From: a candidate division WOR-3 bacterium
GTDB taxonomy: Bacteria; Hydrothermota; Hydrothermia; UBA1063
Length of the DNA stretch: 47,738 nucleotides
Reading direction: 5' to 3'
NCBI GenBank assembly: GCA_039803305.1
Contig: JBDRYG010000002.1
Location: 1 to 47,738 of the forward strand
The notes beneath the pieces were generated by a model. That model was given only the letters and a program-made list of their open reading frames with translations, was not told where the DNA came from and did no database searches. Position 1 is the stretch's first letter; each line of letters starts with the position of its first letter. Positions 9,541-19,917 of this stretch are shown here, piece after piece. The position numbers were made by a program, and so were the translations under genes.

Positions 9541-10160
9541 GTATCGATATCAAAAAAGTTATAGATCAGTATGTTCCTTACGTTATTGAAGTGACAGGCA
9601 GGGGAGAACGAGTTTACGATATATATTCAAGACTTTTAAAAGACAGAATTATTTTCTTAGGATCCCCAATTAACAGCCACGTTGCAAACCTGGTTGTTGC
9701 TCAAATGCTTTTCCTGGAGGCAGAAAACCCAGACAGAGACATTAATCTTTACATCAATTCCCCCGGCGGTGAGGTTACCGCGGGCCTTGCCATTTACGAT
9801 ACTATGCAATACATAAAACCAGATGTCGCGACGATTTGCGTTGGTATGGCTGCATCTATGGGTGCGGTCCTTTTAGCTGCTGGAACGAAAGGCAAAAGAT
9901 ATGCACTACCTAATTCCAGAATTATGATACATCAGCCGTGGGGTGGTGTAGAAGGTCAGGCAATCGACATAAAGATACATGCAGAAGAGATCATGAGAAT
10001 TAGAGATATACTCAATCAAATCCTTTCCAAACACACAGGTCAACCCATAGAAAAAATTGAAAAAGACACTGACAGAGAATTTTTCATGTCAGCTCAAGAT
10101 GCTAAAGAATACGGGATAGTAGACGAGGTCATATTCTCCCGTAAGGAGGCCAGAAAGTAA
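9537..10160 (+). CDS. clpP: ATP-dependent Clp protease proteolytic subunit
   Basis: 207 aa. GMAASMGA (Ser), IMIHQP (His), [16 protein letters not shown]. Confidence 0.97.
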   Translation: MSIDIKKVIDQYVPYVIEVTGRGERVYDIYSRLLKDRIIFLGSPINSHVANLVVAQMLFLEAENPDRDINLYINSPGGEVTAGLAIYDTMQYIKPDVATICVGMAASMGAVLLAAGTKGKRYALPNSRIMIHQPWGGVEGQAIDIKIHAEEIMRIRDILNQILSKHTGQPIEKIEKDTDREFFMSAQDAKEYGIVDEVIFSRKEARK

Positions 10161-10161
10161 C

Positions 10162-11415
10162 ATGCCCAGGAGAAAAAATATAGACAGGACCATACACTGT
10201 TCCTTCTGCGGAAGGCCCAAACAGGATAACTTAAGATTCATCTCCGGCATTGATGCGTATATTTGTGAAGATTGTGTAAAAATTGCATTTGATATAATAC
10301 AAGATGAGGAAAAAACAAGGCGAGAGTTCAAAACATTTAATTTACCCACACCAGAAGAAATAAAACTCTACCTTGATGATTATGTGGTTGGCCAGGAATT
10401 AGCGAAAAAAGTCCTTTCTGTGGCTGTGTATAATCATTACAAGAGAATTATTAACCCTAAAAAGGACATCGAGATTCAGAAAACAAATGTTCTACTTGTT
10501 GGTCCAACAGGATCTGGAAAAACCTTGTTAGCAAAGACTTTGGCTAAAATATTGGATGTTCCGTTTGCTATCTTTGATGTAACTTCTCTCACAGAGTCAG
10601 GTTATGTAGGAGAAGACGTTGAAACTGTGCTTTTAAGACTTATTCAGAATGCCGGCGGGGATATTGAGAGAGCATCAATTGGAATTGTTTATCTTGATGA
10701 AATTGACAAAATTGCCTATAAAGCCACCACAGGTAGAGATGTATCGGGAGAGGGGGTTCAGGAAGAGCTATTAAAACTCCTTGAAGGTCATGTGGTAAAT
10801 GTTCCCATGAAGAGTAACAAGAAAATGCCCGAACAGGGATCTTATCAAATCGACACATCAAATATCCTGTTTATTATGGGTGGTGCTTTCGTTGGGATTG
10901 AAGAGATTATAAGGAACAGACTTGGATCTACAGAAATGGGTTTCAAAGCAACTGTATCAGACGCTTCAAAACTTACTTACGACGAGCTAATTTCGAATAT
11001 TGAGCCACAGGACATCGTAAAGTACGGATTTTTACCAGAATTCGTCGGCAGAATTCCGCTCATAGTTCCGCTTCATTCCCTTGGTAAACCAGAATTAATT
11101 AAAATACTCACAGAGCCTCGAGACGCAGTAATAAAACAGTATCAGAGATTCTTTGAGATGGAGAATGCAAGATTAACCTTTACAGAAGATGCCCTTGAGA
11201 CAATCGCCGAAATAGCAATCAAAACAAAGACAGGAGCCAGGGGCTTAAGAAGCATCATCGAAAAAGCATTACTCGAAACTATGTTCAAACTACCAACATT
11301 GAGAAAGAGAAGGCCAGTTGATGAAGTGATAGTGGATAAAGAAGTTATAATTTCAGGTAAAGAACCTGTGATAATTTTCCAGGATTCAACAAAGAAAAGA
11401 AGAGAATCCCTGTAA
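10162..11415 (+). CDS. clpX: ATP-dependent Clp protease ATP-binding subunit ClpX
   Basis: 417 aa. N-terminal zinc finger CSFCG...CEDC and Walker A GPTGSGKT. Confidence 0.97.
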   Translation: MPRRKNIDRTIHCSFCGRPKQDNLRFISGIDAYICEDCVKIAFDIIQDEEKTRREFKTFNLPTPEEIKLYLDDYVVGQELAKKVLSVAVYNHYKRIINPKKDIEIQKTNVLLVGPTGSGKTLLAKTLAKILDVPFAIFDVTSLTESGYVGEDVETVLLRLIQNAGGDIERASIGIVYLDEIDKIAYKATTGRDVSGEGVQEELLKLLEGHVVNVPMKSNKKMPEQGSYQIDTSNILFIMGGAFVGIEEIIRNRLGSTEMGFKATVSDASKLTYDELISNIEPQDIVKYGFLPEFVGRIPLIVPLHSLGKPELIKILTEPRDAVIKQYQRFFEMENARLTFTEDALETIAEIAIKTKTGARGLRSIIEKALLETMFKLPTLRKRRPVDEVIVDKEVIISGKEPVIIFQDSTKKRRESL

Positions 11416-11420
11416 AAGCT

Positions 11421-13718
11421 ATGGAGAACCGATTACCAGTAATAATAACAAGGGAGTTAATAATTTATCCGTCGGTAGTTTCGCCCATAATGATTGGGAG
11501 GCCGTTTTCACTTAAAGCAGCAAGAGAAGCACTTACACTAGATAAAAAGGCCATTTTTGTTAGTCAGCTACGGGCTGAGCAGGAAACTCCTTCGTCGGTG
11601 GCAGATGTATTACAGTATGGAACTATCGGGGTATTTATTCAGCACATAATTCCTCCTGATGGCTCGATAAGGGCAATAGTGGAAGGACTTGAGAAGGTCA
11701 AAATTACAGAGCTAATATATCAGGATGATACCTTTTATGCCTACTATGAACCAGTTGAACTGAGCGTGCAGGAAACCCCTGAACTTCAAAATTATCTTAG
11801 GCTTGTAAGGGAATATTTCGCGAAATACGTGGAACTGGCGAAAAACGTCCCAGAGGGTGCCTTTAACGTATTTGACGAATCTGCAGATCCCTGGGGTGTA
11901 TGTTATAAGGTCATAAATTCCCTTAGGCTAAAATTTGAAGAGCAGATAGAACTTTTTAAGATCAATGACCTCCCCGAGCTTTTGAGAAAAATAGTCGAAA
12001 TTCTTATAAGGGAGATCGAGTTCATTAACATAAAACTAAACATCGAATCGAAAGTATCTGAAGAAATAAAGAAACAACAGAAGCAGTTTTTCCTCCAGCA
12101 GGAGATGAAAGAAATACAAAAAGAACTCGGCTACACAGAGGAAGATGAATACGAAAAAATAGAAAATCAGATAAAAGAATCGAAGATGCCCGAAGAAGTG
12201 AAGAAAAAAGCCTTAAACGAACTTAACAAACTTCGGAGAACCCCCACCATGTCACCTGACGCGTCAGTTATTAGAAATTATCTGGATTGGCTCGTAAATC
12301 TTCCCTGGGGTACCTTCACAGAAGATAACTTAGACATTGAAAATGCAAAAAGAATTCTGGATGAAGACCATTACGGTCTTGAAGAGCAAAAGGAGAGAAT
12401 CCTTGAGTACTTAGCCGTTTTAAAACTAAAGGGAGAAATAAAAGGTCAGGTGATCTGTTTCGTTGGTCCACCTGGTGTAGGTAAAACTTCCCTTGCAAAA
12501 TCAATAGCGAGAGCGCTGAATCGTAAATTTGTCAGAATTTCACTTGGTGGATTAAGAGATGAAGCTGAAATAAAAGGTCACAGGCGAACTTATGTGGGTG
12601 CCATGCCAGGGAAAATAGTTCAACAGATAAGAAGAGCTGGGAGCTGTAATCCTGTATTTCTACTTGACGAAATTGACAAAGTAGGCCAGGACTGGAGAGG
12701 TGACCCACAAGCTGCTCTTATGGAAGTGTTAGATCCTGAGATTAACAAGTACTTTCAGGATCACTATCTTGAGGTGGAATTTGATTTATCTCATGTTCTA
12801 TTCATAACTACTGCAAATACAACTTACACAATTCCTAAACCCCTACTGGACAGGATGGAGGTAATACCTATTCGGGGGTACCTTGAAAATGAAAAGTTTC
12901 ACATTGCTAAGTATTTCCTCATACCCAAACAATTATCTGCTTCAGGCCTCCCGGACGGCGCACTGAAGATTACAAGTAAAGCTATAAAGAGAATTATCAC
13001 GGAATACTCAAGAGAAGCGGGACTCAGGGAATTAGAAAGACAAATAGCAAAGATCACAAGAAAGGCTGCAAAAATGTACGCTGATAAAGGGCAAAAAGTC
13101 CTGGTTAATGCTACTAACTTAGAGAAATTCCTTGGAAAACCGAGATATAGACTTAGGGAACTAAATGAAACCCTTCCACCGGGCGTTGCCTATGGACTAG
13201 CCTGGACGGAGTTTGGTGGGGAGATACTCAGGATAGAAGTCGCTAAAATGGAAGGTAATGGGAAATTGGAACTTACAGGACAACTTGGGGATGTGATGAA
13301 GGAATCAGCTAAGGCAGCTTTGACATATATAAGGGCAAACTACCAAAACTTTGGCCTTGAAAAAGACTTTTACAATAAGATAGACCTACATCTACATGTG
13401 CCAGAAGGGGCGATACCCAAGGATGGTCCATCAGCAGGTGTTACAATTTTCACATCAATGCTTTCTTCACTAACTGGTAGATCGGTCCCAAGCAACATTG
13501 CTATGACAGGGGAAATTACTATCACGGGTCAGGTATTAGCTGTAGGAGGACTGGAAGAAAAGCTACTCGCAGCAAAAAGATATGGAATTAATAAAGTTTT
13601 TCTACCCTCTGAAAACAGAAAGGATGTTGAAGAAATCAAAAGAGAAATTACAGAAAAACTTGAAATAGTATACATAGACCATGTAGATCAGCTTGTTAAA
13701 CATGTATTCAACCAGTGA
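11421..13718 (+). CDS. lon: Lon protease (LonA)
   Basis: 765 aa. Walker A GPPGVGKTS and protease-domain DGPSAG catalytic Ser. Confidence 0.96.
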   Translation: MENRLPVIITRELIIYPSVVSPIMIGRPFSLKAAREALTLDKKAIFVSQLRAEQETPSSVADVLQYGTIGVFIQHIIPPDGSIRAIVEGLEKVKITELIYQDDTFYAYYEPVELSVQETPELQNYLRLVREYFAKYVELAKNVPEGAFNVFDESADPWGVCYKVINSLRLKFEEQIELFKINDLPELLRKIVEILIREIEFINIKLNIESKVSEEIKKQQKQFFLQQEMKEIQKELGYTEEDEYEKIENQIKESKMPEEVKKKALNELNKLRRTPTMSPDASVIRNYLDWLVNLPWGTFTEDNLDIENAKRILDEDHYGLEEQKERILEYLAVLKLKGEIKGQVICFVGPPGVGKTSLAKSIARALNRKFVRISLGGLRDEAEIKGHRRTYVGAMPGKIVQQIRRAGSCNPVFLLDEIDKVGQDWRGDPQAALMEVLDPEINKYFQDHYLEVEFDLSHVLFITTANTTYTIPKPLLDRMEVIPIRGYLENEKFHIAKYFLIPKQLSASGLPDGALKITSKAIKRIITEYSREAGLRELERQIAKITRKAAKMYADKGQKVLVNATNLEKFLGKPRYRLRELNETLPPGVAYGLAWTEFGGEILRIEVAKMEGNGKLELTGQLGDVMKESAKAALTYIRANYQNFGLEKDFYNKIDLHLHVPEGAIPKDGPSAGVTIFTSMLSSLTGRSVPSNIAMTGEITITGQVLAVGGLEEKLLAAKRYGINKVFLPSENRKDVEEIKREITEKLEIVYIDHVDQLVKHVFNQ

Positions 13719-14820
13719 AGCGAAAGAAAAAGCGCTTCTTGTAGGTGTCTGCACTTCTCCCCAAGAGAGATGGCATGAGTTAGACAGACTGGAAGAATTG
13801 GCTCAACTTGCAGAAGCTGCCGGTGCTGAAGTCTTCGAAAAAATTATACAAATAAGACCAAACCTCGATCCTGCATATCTTATTGGTAAGGGCAAGGCTC
13901 ACGAAATTCAGGAGATATGCGAGAAATTTGGAATTAACGTGGTTATATTTGATCAGGACATTTCGCCCTCACAAGTAAGAAATCTTGAAGAAATAATAAA
14001 ATGTAAGATTATAGATAGAACCGAATTAATCCTAGATATTTTTGCACAACATGCAGAAACTACAGAGGCAAAAATTCAAGTCGAGCTTGCCCAGCTTTTA
14101 TATAGAATGACACGCCTCACAGGCAAAGGTATTGACCTTTCAAGACTGGGAGGTGGAATTGGAACTCGAGGACCTGGAGAGAAAAAACTAGAAGTGGATA
14201 GAAGGAAAATTAAAGAGCGCATCGCCCATCTTAGGAGGGAACTGTCGGAAATTGAGAAGACCAGGGAGTTGCACTATAGGCGAAGGAGGGATATCTACAA
14301 AGTTACGCTTGTAGGGTATACCAACGCAGGCAAATCCTCTATAATGAACCTATTAACTAAGTCTAACTTAAATGTTGAAGATAGACCCTTTTCCACCCTT
14401 GATGCTACAACCCGTCAAATGTACCAAAACGTGCTGAAAAAGCCCGTCGTGATTTCTGACACTGTTGGATTTATAGAAGATATTCCACACCACCTTATTG
14501 CATCATTTAAAGCTACTCTCGGCGTTGCCAGGGAAGCAGATCTTTTACTTCACATAATTGATATAACCAATGAACCGGTGGAACGAAAAATTGAAACTGT
14601 TACAAAAGTACTTGAGGAGATAGGGTGCGGTGATAAGCAAATTATAAATGTCTTTAACAAAATTGATTTAGTTATCGAACCATCCATAATTGAAAGGTTC
14701 AAGGAAAAATACCCCAATGCCCTTTTTGTTTCAGCAAGACTGAAAAAAGGTATAGATGAGCTCAAAAGCGAAATTATAAGAAAATTTCAGGAATTCGAAC
14801 GAGAAGTTAAAAGCCTATAA
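13702..14820 (+). CDS. hflX: GTPase HflX
   Basis: G1 GYTNAGKSS, G3 DTVGF, G4 NKID, and an HflX N-domain. ATG 13702 preferred over the track's TTG 13693. Overlaps the lon stop. Confidence 0.9.
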   Translation: MYSTSEAKEKALLVGVCTSPQERWHELDRLEELAQLAEAAGAEVFEKIIQIRPNLDPAYLIGKGKAHEIQEICEKFGINVVIFDQDISPSQVRNLEEIIKCKIIDRTELILDIFAQHAETTEAKIQVELAQLLYRMTRLTGKGIDLSRLGGGIGTRGPGEKKLEVDRRKIKERIAHLRRELSEIEKTRELHYRRRRDIYKVTLVGYTNAGKSSIMNLLTKSNLNVEDRPFSTLDATTRQMYQNVLKKPVVISDTVGFIEDIPHHLIASFKATLGVAREADLLLHIIDITNEPVERKIETVTKVLEEIGCGDKQIINVFNKIDLVIEPSIIERFKEKYPNALFVSARLKKGIDELKSEIIRKFQEFEREVKSL

Positions 14821-15503
14821 TAAGCAAAAAGACCAAGCAATACAGCATTTTCTACATATTCCCCAAAACCTAAAATATCCCTCAAAATTTTACCATCACC
14901 ACCCGTAAACACAATTCTATTACATCCCGTAAGATCCATTAAACCTCCCACAAGACCTTTAACGGCGAGTCTAACTCCTTTGCCAATACATTCAATTGAA
15001 GATCTTGGGAAAATATAAGGCGTATCTCTAACTATGTTATCAATGTCAAGCTTCTTTAACCTTTCGCCCCTTCCGTAACATTCCTTTAATAAACTTAATC
15101 CCGGGAAAATTGCCATTGGGAAATGGATATCATCCTTAACATATTCAATATTTATGAAAGATCCAGCGTCTACCCCTAAAGCCTCACCATAGTTTTCTTT
15201 GAGAAAAAAAGCAAAGGCAAGCCTGTCTTCACCAAGCTGAGATGGGTCTGTGTAATTAATCTTTAAATAGTTTTGATCTTGTGGCCGGAGTTTGATAATC
15301 TTTCCCGTAAAGGGACTTTTTTCAATCAACCTTAAATAGGCATCAAGCTTTGTCCTGGATACTGAGCTGATAATGATTAATTCACACTTTGCAAAAAAGA
15401 GTGGATCGGGAAGCCCAAGAATTACCTCCTTCAAACCATCCTTATCAAATACTCCGGTTTTAATATTCTTGTTTCCTATATCTACACAAAAAATCACATC
15501 CAT
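14787..15503 (-). CDS. coaX: Type III pantothenate kinase
   Basis: 238 aa. N-terminal VDIGNKNIKTG, later VDAGS and TGGDG motifs. Adjacent to birA, as in many bacteria. Confidence 0.88.
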   Translation of the reverse strand: MDVIFCVDIGNKNIKTGVFDKDGLKEVILGLPDPLFFAKCELIIISSVSRTKLDAYLRLIEKSPFTGKIIKLRPQDQNYLKINYTDPSQLGEDRLAFAFFLKENYGEALGVDAGSFINIEYVKDDIHFPMAIFPGLSLLKECYGRGERLKKLDIDNIVRDTPYIFPRSSIECIGKGVRLAVKGLVGGLMDLTGCNRIVFTGGDGKILRDILGFGEYVENAVLLGLFAYYRLLTSRSNS

Positions 15504-16165
15504 TCTATCCAGATTATGTGGTCAAAAGGGAATACTCCTCTATCCGTTACAACACTAAAGTCTCTCTCAATTTTTTCAATAACACAGGTAAAATTCCTGC
15601 CACCAGAAAGATGAATATTACAGAGACCCCTAAAAAAAACGGCTTTAGAGTAATTATTAAAGAGAGTAGCATAATCAAAATCCAAGAGTCTTGTAAGCTC
15701 TTCAATACATAGATCCAGAATCTGATTTAAATCGTACATCGAACCCGTTTCTAAATACAAGCTTGTGGCAATACCCTGAAGAGTCTCTGGAAAATCTTTT
15801 TGATTGACATTCACACCAATACCTATTATAGTGGCCTCGGATGTTAATTCCACCAGGATTCCGGAAATTTTCTTCTTCTCAACCATGATGTCATTTGGAA
15901 ACCTCATCTTCACTGGCAAGAACTTTGAAAGCACATGATATGAAGTTAATGCACCTATTATAAGTGCCTTCCTTGAGTCCATCTTGCGAACTACAAAGGA
16001 GGCATAAAGACCACCTTTATCTGAAACCCATAATCTACCCCTCTGGCCTTTACCTCTGGTTTGAGCCTCTGCGATAATTACGAAAGGTATCTTTACACCA
16101 CTTTCAAGAAATAGTTTTGCTATCTGATTTGTTGACTCACAAACTTTTAAAAAATACTTATCCAC
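15494..16165 (-). CDS. birA: Biotin--[acetyl-CoA-carboxylase] ligase (group I, no HTH domain)
   Basis: 223 aa. GKGQRGRLW biotin/ATP-binding loop. Confidence 0.88.
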   Translation of the reverse strand: MDKYFLKVCESTNQIAKLFLESGVKIPFVIIAEAQTRGKGQRGRLWVSDKGGLYASFVVRKMDSRKALIIGALTSYHVLSKFLPVKMRFPNDIMVEKKKISGILVELTSEATIIGIGVNVNQKDFPETLQGIATSLYLETGSMYDLNQILDLCIEELTRLLDFDYATLFNNYSKAVFFRGLCNIHLSGGRNFTCVIEKIERDFSVVTDRGVFPFDHIIWIEWM

Positions 16166-17057
16166 AGGCAGCTACCGCAAAGGCAATAGAGTAATACTTA
16201 AGCTCTGGCTCATCAGCTCTGGAAAGAAGAACTACAGGAACTCTTGCACCATATATTAATCCACCAGCCTTTGCCTTAGCAATGTAAATCAAAGCCTTTG
16301 CCAGAATATTCCCCGATGCGACATCGGGAACCATCCATAAATCCGCATCGCCACTCACGGGAGATGTAACTCCTTTAAGCTCTCCAGCCCTTTTGGATAC
16401 CGCTATATCAAAACCCATTGGACCATCAAGGTAAACCTTAACCCCTTTGAAAAACGAACGATCCTGGAGTTTGGATATAGCCGCAAATTCAATGGTTTCA
16501 GGCATATCTTCATGCAGAGTCTCTAACGAAGCAAGAAAAGCTACTTTTATTTCCTCATAACCCATAGTCTTCATAACATCGATTGCATTCTGCAAAATAT
16601 TGATTTTCATTTTTAGATCTGGTCTAATATTCATCCCAGCATCTGTAAGGAAAACAAGCTTGTGATAGTTTGGGATTTCCAAAAGAGTGATATGAGAAAA
16701 CACCTTATCCGTCCTGATACCCCTTTCTTTGTCCAGAAGACTTCTCAGAAAAGTAGGTGTATCAATCTTACCTTTCATTACAAAGTCAGCATTCCCACTT
16801 TTTACCATTTCACAGGCTTTGAATGCAGACTCAACGGGACTCTTAGAATCCACAATCTCAAATTCCTCTATATTGTTTGATTCAACAAATCTCTTTACCT
16901 TTTCAGAATCACCTATGAGGATGGGAAAAGCAAGCTCTTTCGCAAGTTTCAAACCCTCAACAATCTCATCTGAAGCTCCTTCCACAACTGCAATTCTCTT
17001 TTTACCTTTACTCTTCGCAAGTTCAATAACCTGAGCAAAATTCCTTAACATACTCAA
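16158..17057 (-). CDS. ptb: Phosphate butyryltransferase / phosphate acyltransferase (PTA_PTB family)
   Basis: 299 aa. Family-typical length and blocks (RIAVVEG, DFVMKG, LTDAGMNI, GNILAK). AGGAG Shine-Dalgarno upstream of the ATG. Confidence 0.8.
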   Translation of the reverse strand: MSMLRNFAQVIELAKSKGKKRIAVVEGASDEIVEGLKLAKELAFPILIGDSEKVKRFVESNNIEEFEIVDSKSPVESAFKACEMVKSGNADFVMKGKIDTPTFLRSLLDKERGIRTDKVFSHITLLEIPNYHKLVFLTDAGMNIRPDLKMKINILQNAIDVMKTMGYEEIKVAFLASLETLHEDMPETIEFAAISKLQDRSFFKGVKVYLDGPMGFDIAVSKRAGELKGVTSPVSGDADLWMVPDVASGNILAKALIYIAKAKAGGLIYGARVPVVLLSRADEPELKYYSIAFAVAACG

Positions 17058-17519
17058 CTCCTTTTATTAATTATTTTAAAGGAAATAAGTAGAAAATTCA
17101 GCAGTGTGGGGCACACAACCGTTTACAGGAAAACTATTTCTATTATTAACCCCACCAAGCCAAAAAATTCGTACAAATTCCTACGTTTAGAAATGTACTT
17201 GAGATAGAACATGATCAGCCCTAGCCTATGCCAAATCCCCGCCTCTACTCCAGTTCTTCAAAAATAGTAGACATTAAATCTATTGTTCATCACATTTTAA
17301 GGACAAATAATTTTAGATGGACAGCCAGCGTAACTGACTTTATGCAAAACTAAAAAGTGTTTTTCAGCAAAACCTCCTTAGGAAAAAATAAATCTTTTAA
17401 AGGCTTTATTGCTCTAAAAGCTCGCAAACATCCAAAAGTAAGTGCTATTACAACTAACTACCGATTATCCGAAAAATTCATACTAATCTAAAAAACTAAA
17501 TTAAAAGCGGATAAAATAT

Positions 17520-19868
17520 TTACTCTTTCACCGCAATTATTCTTATGCTGTTTCCATCACTAACATATGCGTGATTCCCAGATATCTTTACCTCTTTCCC
17601 ATAGTAACTTCCGAATTGCAGTCTTCCGACCTCGTAAGGTGATGAAGGCGTGGTAGCCTTTACTACTTCGAGCAACACTGGATATCCTGTAGCATATACT
17701 ATATTATTCCCTGCAGCTAAAGAGACTGCATTTATTCCAGTAAAGCTACTCAAAATCCTTGGACTTGAAATATTGGATATGTCAACAACGTAAATACCCC
17801 CGTTTTCGGCTGCAACGTAAAGGAATGAGCCACTTACAAAAACACCGACCGCGTCACCTGAAATCCCGCTTACATTGCCGACAATTCTACCATCAGAAAT
17901 CCTCACTATAGTAACACCCAGATCCTCTCTTGCCACAAATGCGTAACCACTCGATACAAAGAGATCAACAGCCCTACTAAGACCTATACTTTGCAGAAGA
18001 CGTGGGTTCGATGGAACAGAAACATCTAATATCTCCAGATACCTCGAGGTACCACTACCTGTGATTAAGTAGACCTGATTCCCTTCTGCAAATACCCTAT
18101 ATGTGAAATTCGGGTACTTTTCCCAATATCCTTCCTGATAAATATTTGAAAAGTTTGAAACATTCAGTATCCTTAAACCCCATATGCTATCAGCTATGTA
18201 CGCATAATTTCCTCTTACGCAAATGTCATTATAGCGAGTAGGCCAAACTAATGGGTCGGCCCTTCTTGTCACAAATATCGGGCTATATGGACTGGAGACA
18301 TTAATAATACATAATTCCCCCTGAGTACCAAAACCTGTAGCCAAGTTTCTTACGATGAAGACATAATTACCAGAGATATCAAAACTTGCAATATCATAAG
18401 GAGTATAAGAGCCAAGCTCATATGGATACAGGATTAAACTTCGAGAATCACTTTTATAACCTGAAACATTTCCCTTGAGTGCGTAACACCCCCAGTAAAC
18501 CCTTCCAGTATTGTACTTTGGCACCCATCGATAAAAAGTATCGCTAACTATTACCTCGAGAAAATAGGGATAGTTTAGATCTAAAGAACTTGAGGAAAGG
18601 ACTTTATAAGAGGTAGCAAGCTGGACTCTACTCCACTCTAAGAGCACCGTTTCAGCATTCCAGAAGCTTGTACCATCAGACGGATAAAGTAATGAAGGCT
18701 TTGAATTGATTGAATTAATAGAAATTATGTTAGAGAAATCCGTAGTTGCCCTGTTTCTACGAGCTCTAACTCTAAAATAGAGTGTGCCCAGATTATAATT
18801 TGGCGTCCAGCTTAAGTAATTATTTAATACCGGGTATCCTTGAAGAACCATAAGGGAAAATCCCGGGTCTTTAGCAATATCTACTAAGTAATCCTTCGCA
18901 CCATTTACTGCTGTCCAGGTAAAACTTATAAATTCGCTGTTCCAAAACGAACTTCCTGAATCTGGACCTGTGACTGTTGGAGGTTGAGGAATTACTATAT
19001 CAAAAATTGCTACACTACTCCAATTAGTCCATATTTCCCCCCTGCAAGCTGAGACCCTCCAGTAAAATCTCCCGAGTCTTTCCTGTGAAGGCCATGTTAA
19101 TGATGTGCCGGATAATAATGTATCTACGATAGTGTTTAAAAAAGACGAATCGCAAGAAAGTTGAAACCTGTAGGAAGTTGCTCCCTGCTTTTCAGCCCAT
19201 GAAAACATTATAGTATCACTTATCCAGCAAAAATCATTATTAACAGGTGATAAAGTCATGGGTGAAGCAAGACTTTCGATATTAATCATCAGAGGATCCG
19301 ACCACTCACCTAAAATAGAATCTTTTTCTGATCTAATTCTGAAATAATATCCTCCACCTGACGAGAAAGTTCTGGAAAAAATAGCTGAAGAGACAAGCGT
19401 GTCAAATTCAAGTGATGTAAAATCATAAGAGGTAGAGAATTGTAAGCGATATCCAGTAGCATTAAAAACGGCATCCCAGGTAAAGTAGACTAATTCCGTT
19501 TCCCAGGCAAAATTCTGGAAGTAAATAATATTTGGTGGTGGACCGAACAGCTTGGTAATACTCTTACTCCCAATAAGACCACTTGCGTCTACGCCCTCTA
19601 CCGTTATCTCGTATCGGGTGAAGGGAGTTAACCCACTAATAGTATCCGTAACCTCAGATGATGTATAAGTTTTATATAGCGAATCATTCACTAATACTCT
19701 GGCGAATTCAAAATCATCATCAATAACTTTGAAACTTATAACAAGTCCGCCTGGAACACTCTTACTCTCTAATACTCTAACCTCTGGTGGTACACCTTCT
19801 TTTCTCTTGCAAGAAAAATAAAGAAGAGTAATTATTAAAATACTTGAGATCCAAAGTTTAACCCGCAT
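17520..19868 (-). CDS. Secreted lipoprotein with an FN3 domain, four tandem ~93-aa Ig/FN3-like modules and a C-terminal LVIVD-repeat beta-propeller
   Basis: The ORF track starts at 19886. ATG 19868 (MRVKLWISSILIITLLYFSC) is preceded by GGAGGGGGTGGTG. C-terminal repeats such as YAYIADSIWGLRILNVSN and LYVAAENGGIYVVDISN match the LVIVD-type pattern. Confidence 0.75.
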   Translation of the reverse strand: MRVKLWISSILIITLLYFSCKRKEGVPPEVRVLESKSVPGGLVISFKVIDDDFEFARVLVNDSLYKTYTSSEVTDTISGLTPFTRYEITVEGVDASGLIGSKSITKLFGPPPNIIYFQNFAWETELVYFTWDAVFNATGYRLQFSTSYDFTSLEFDTLVSSAIFSRTFSSGGGYYFRIRSEKDSILGEWSDPLMINIESLASPMTLSPVNNDFCWISDTIMFSWAEKQGATSYRFQLSCDSSFLNTIVDTLLSGTSLTWPSQERLGRFYWRVSACRGEIWTNWSSVAIFDIVIPQPPTVTGPDSGSSFWNSEFISFTWTAVNGAKDYLVDIAKDPGFSLMVLQGYPVLNNYLSWTPNYNLGTLYFRVRARRNRATTDFSNIISINSINSKPSLLYPSDGTSFWNAETVLLEWSRVQLATSYKVLSSSSLDLNYPYFLEVIVSDTFYRWVPKYNTGRVYWGCYALKGNVSGYKSDSRSLILYPYELGSYTPYDIASFDISGNYVFIVRNLATGFGTQGELCIINVSSPYSPIFVTRRADPLVWPTRYNDICVRGNYAYIADSIWGLRILNVSNFSNIYQEGYWEKYPNFTYRVFAEGNQVYLITGSGTSRYLEILDVSVPSNPRLLQSIGLSRAVDLFVSSGYAFVAREDLGVTIVRISDGRIVGNVSGISGDAVGVFVSGSFLYVAAENGGIYVVDISNISSPRILSSFTGINAVSLAAGNNIVYATGYPVLLEVVKATTPSSPYEVGRLQFGSYYGKEVKISGNHAYVSDGNSIRIIAVKE
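18426..19541 (-). repeat. Four tandem ~93-aa protein-level repeat modules (W..V.GA..Y...s.d..F....YWRV pattern)
   Basis: Approximate boundaries are aa 116-205, 206-298, 299-393 and 394-487 of the 788-aa ORF. Each has F/W-W-x-x-V/E-x-x-A-T/K-x-Y followed by a (Y/F)(Y/F/W)(R/G)(I/V/C) core (YFRIRS, FYWRVSA, LYFRVRA, VYWGCYA). The copies are divergent at DNA level. Confidence 0.6.
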
Positions 19869-19917
19869 TTTCACCACCCCCTCCATTATATAATTTTATT
19901 CTCATCATGAAAAATCG

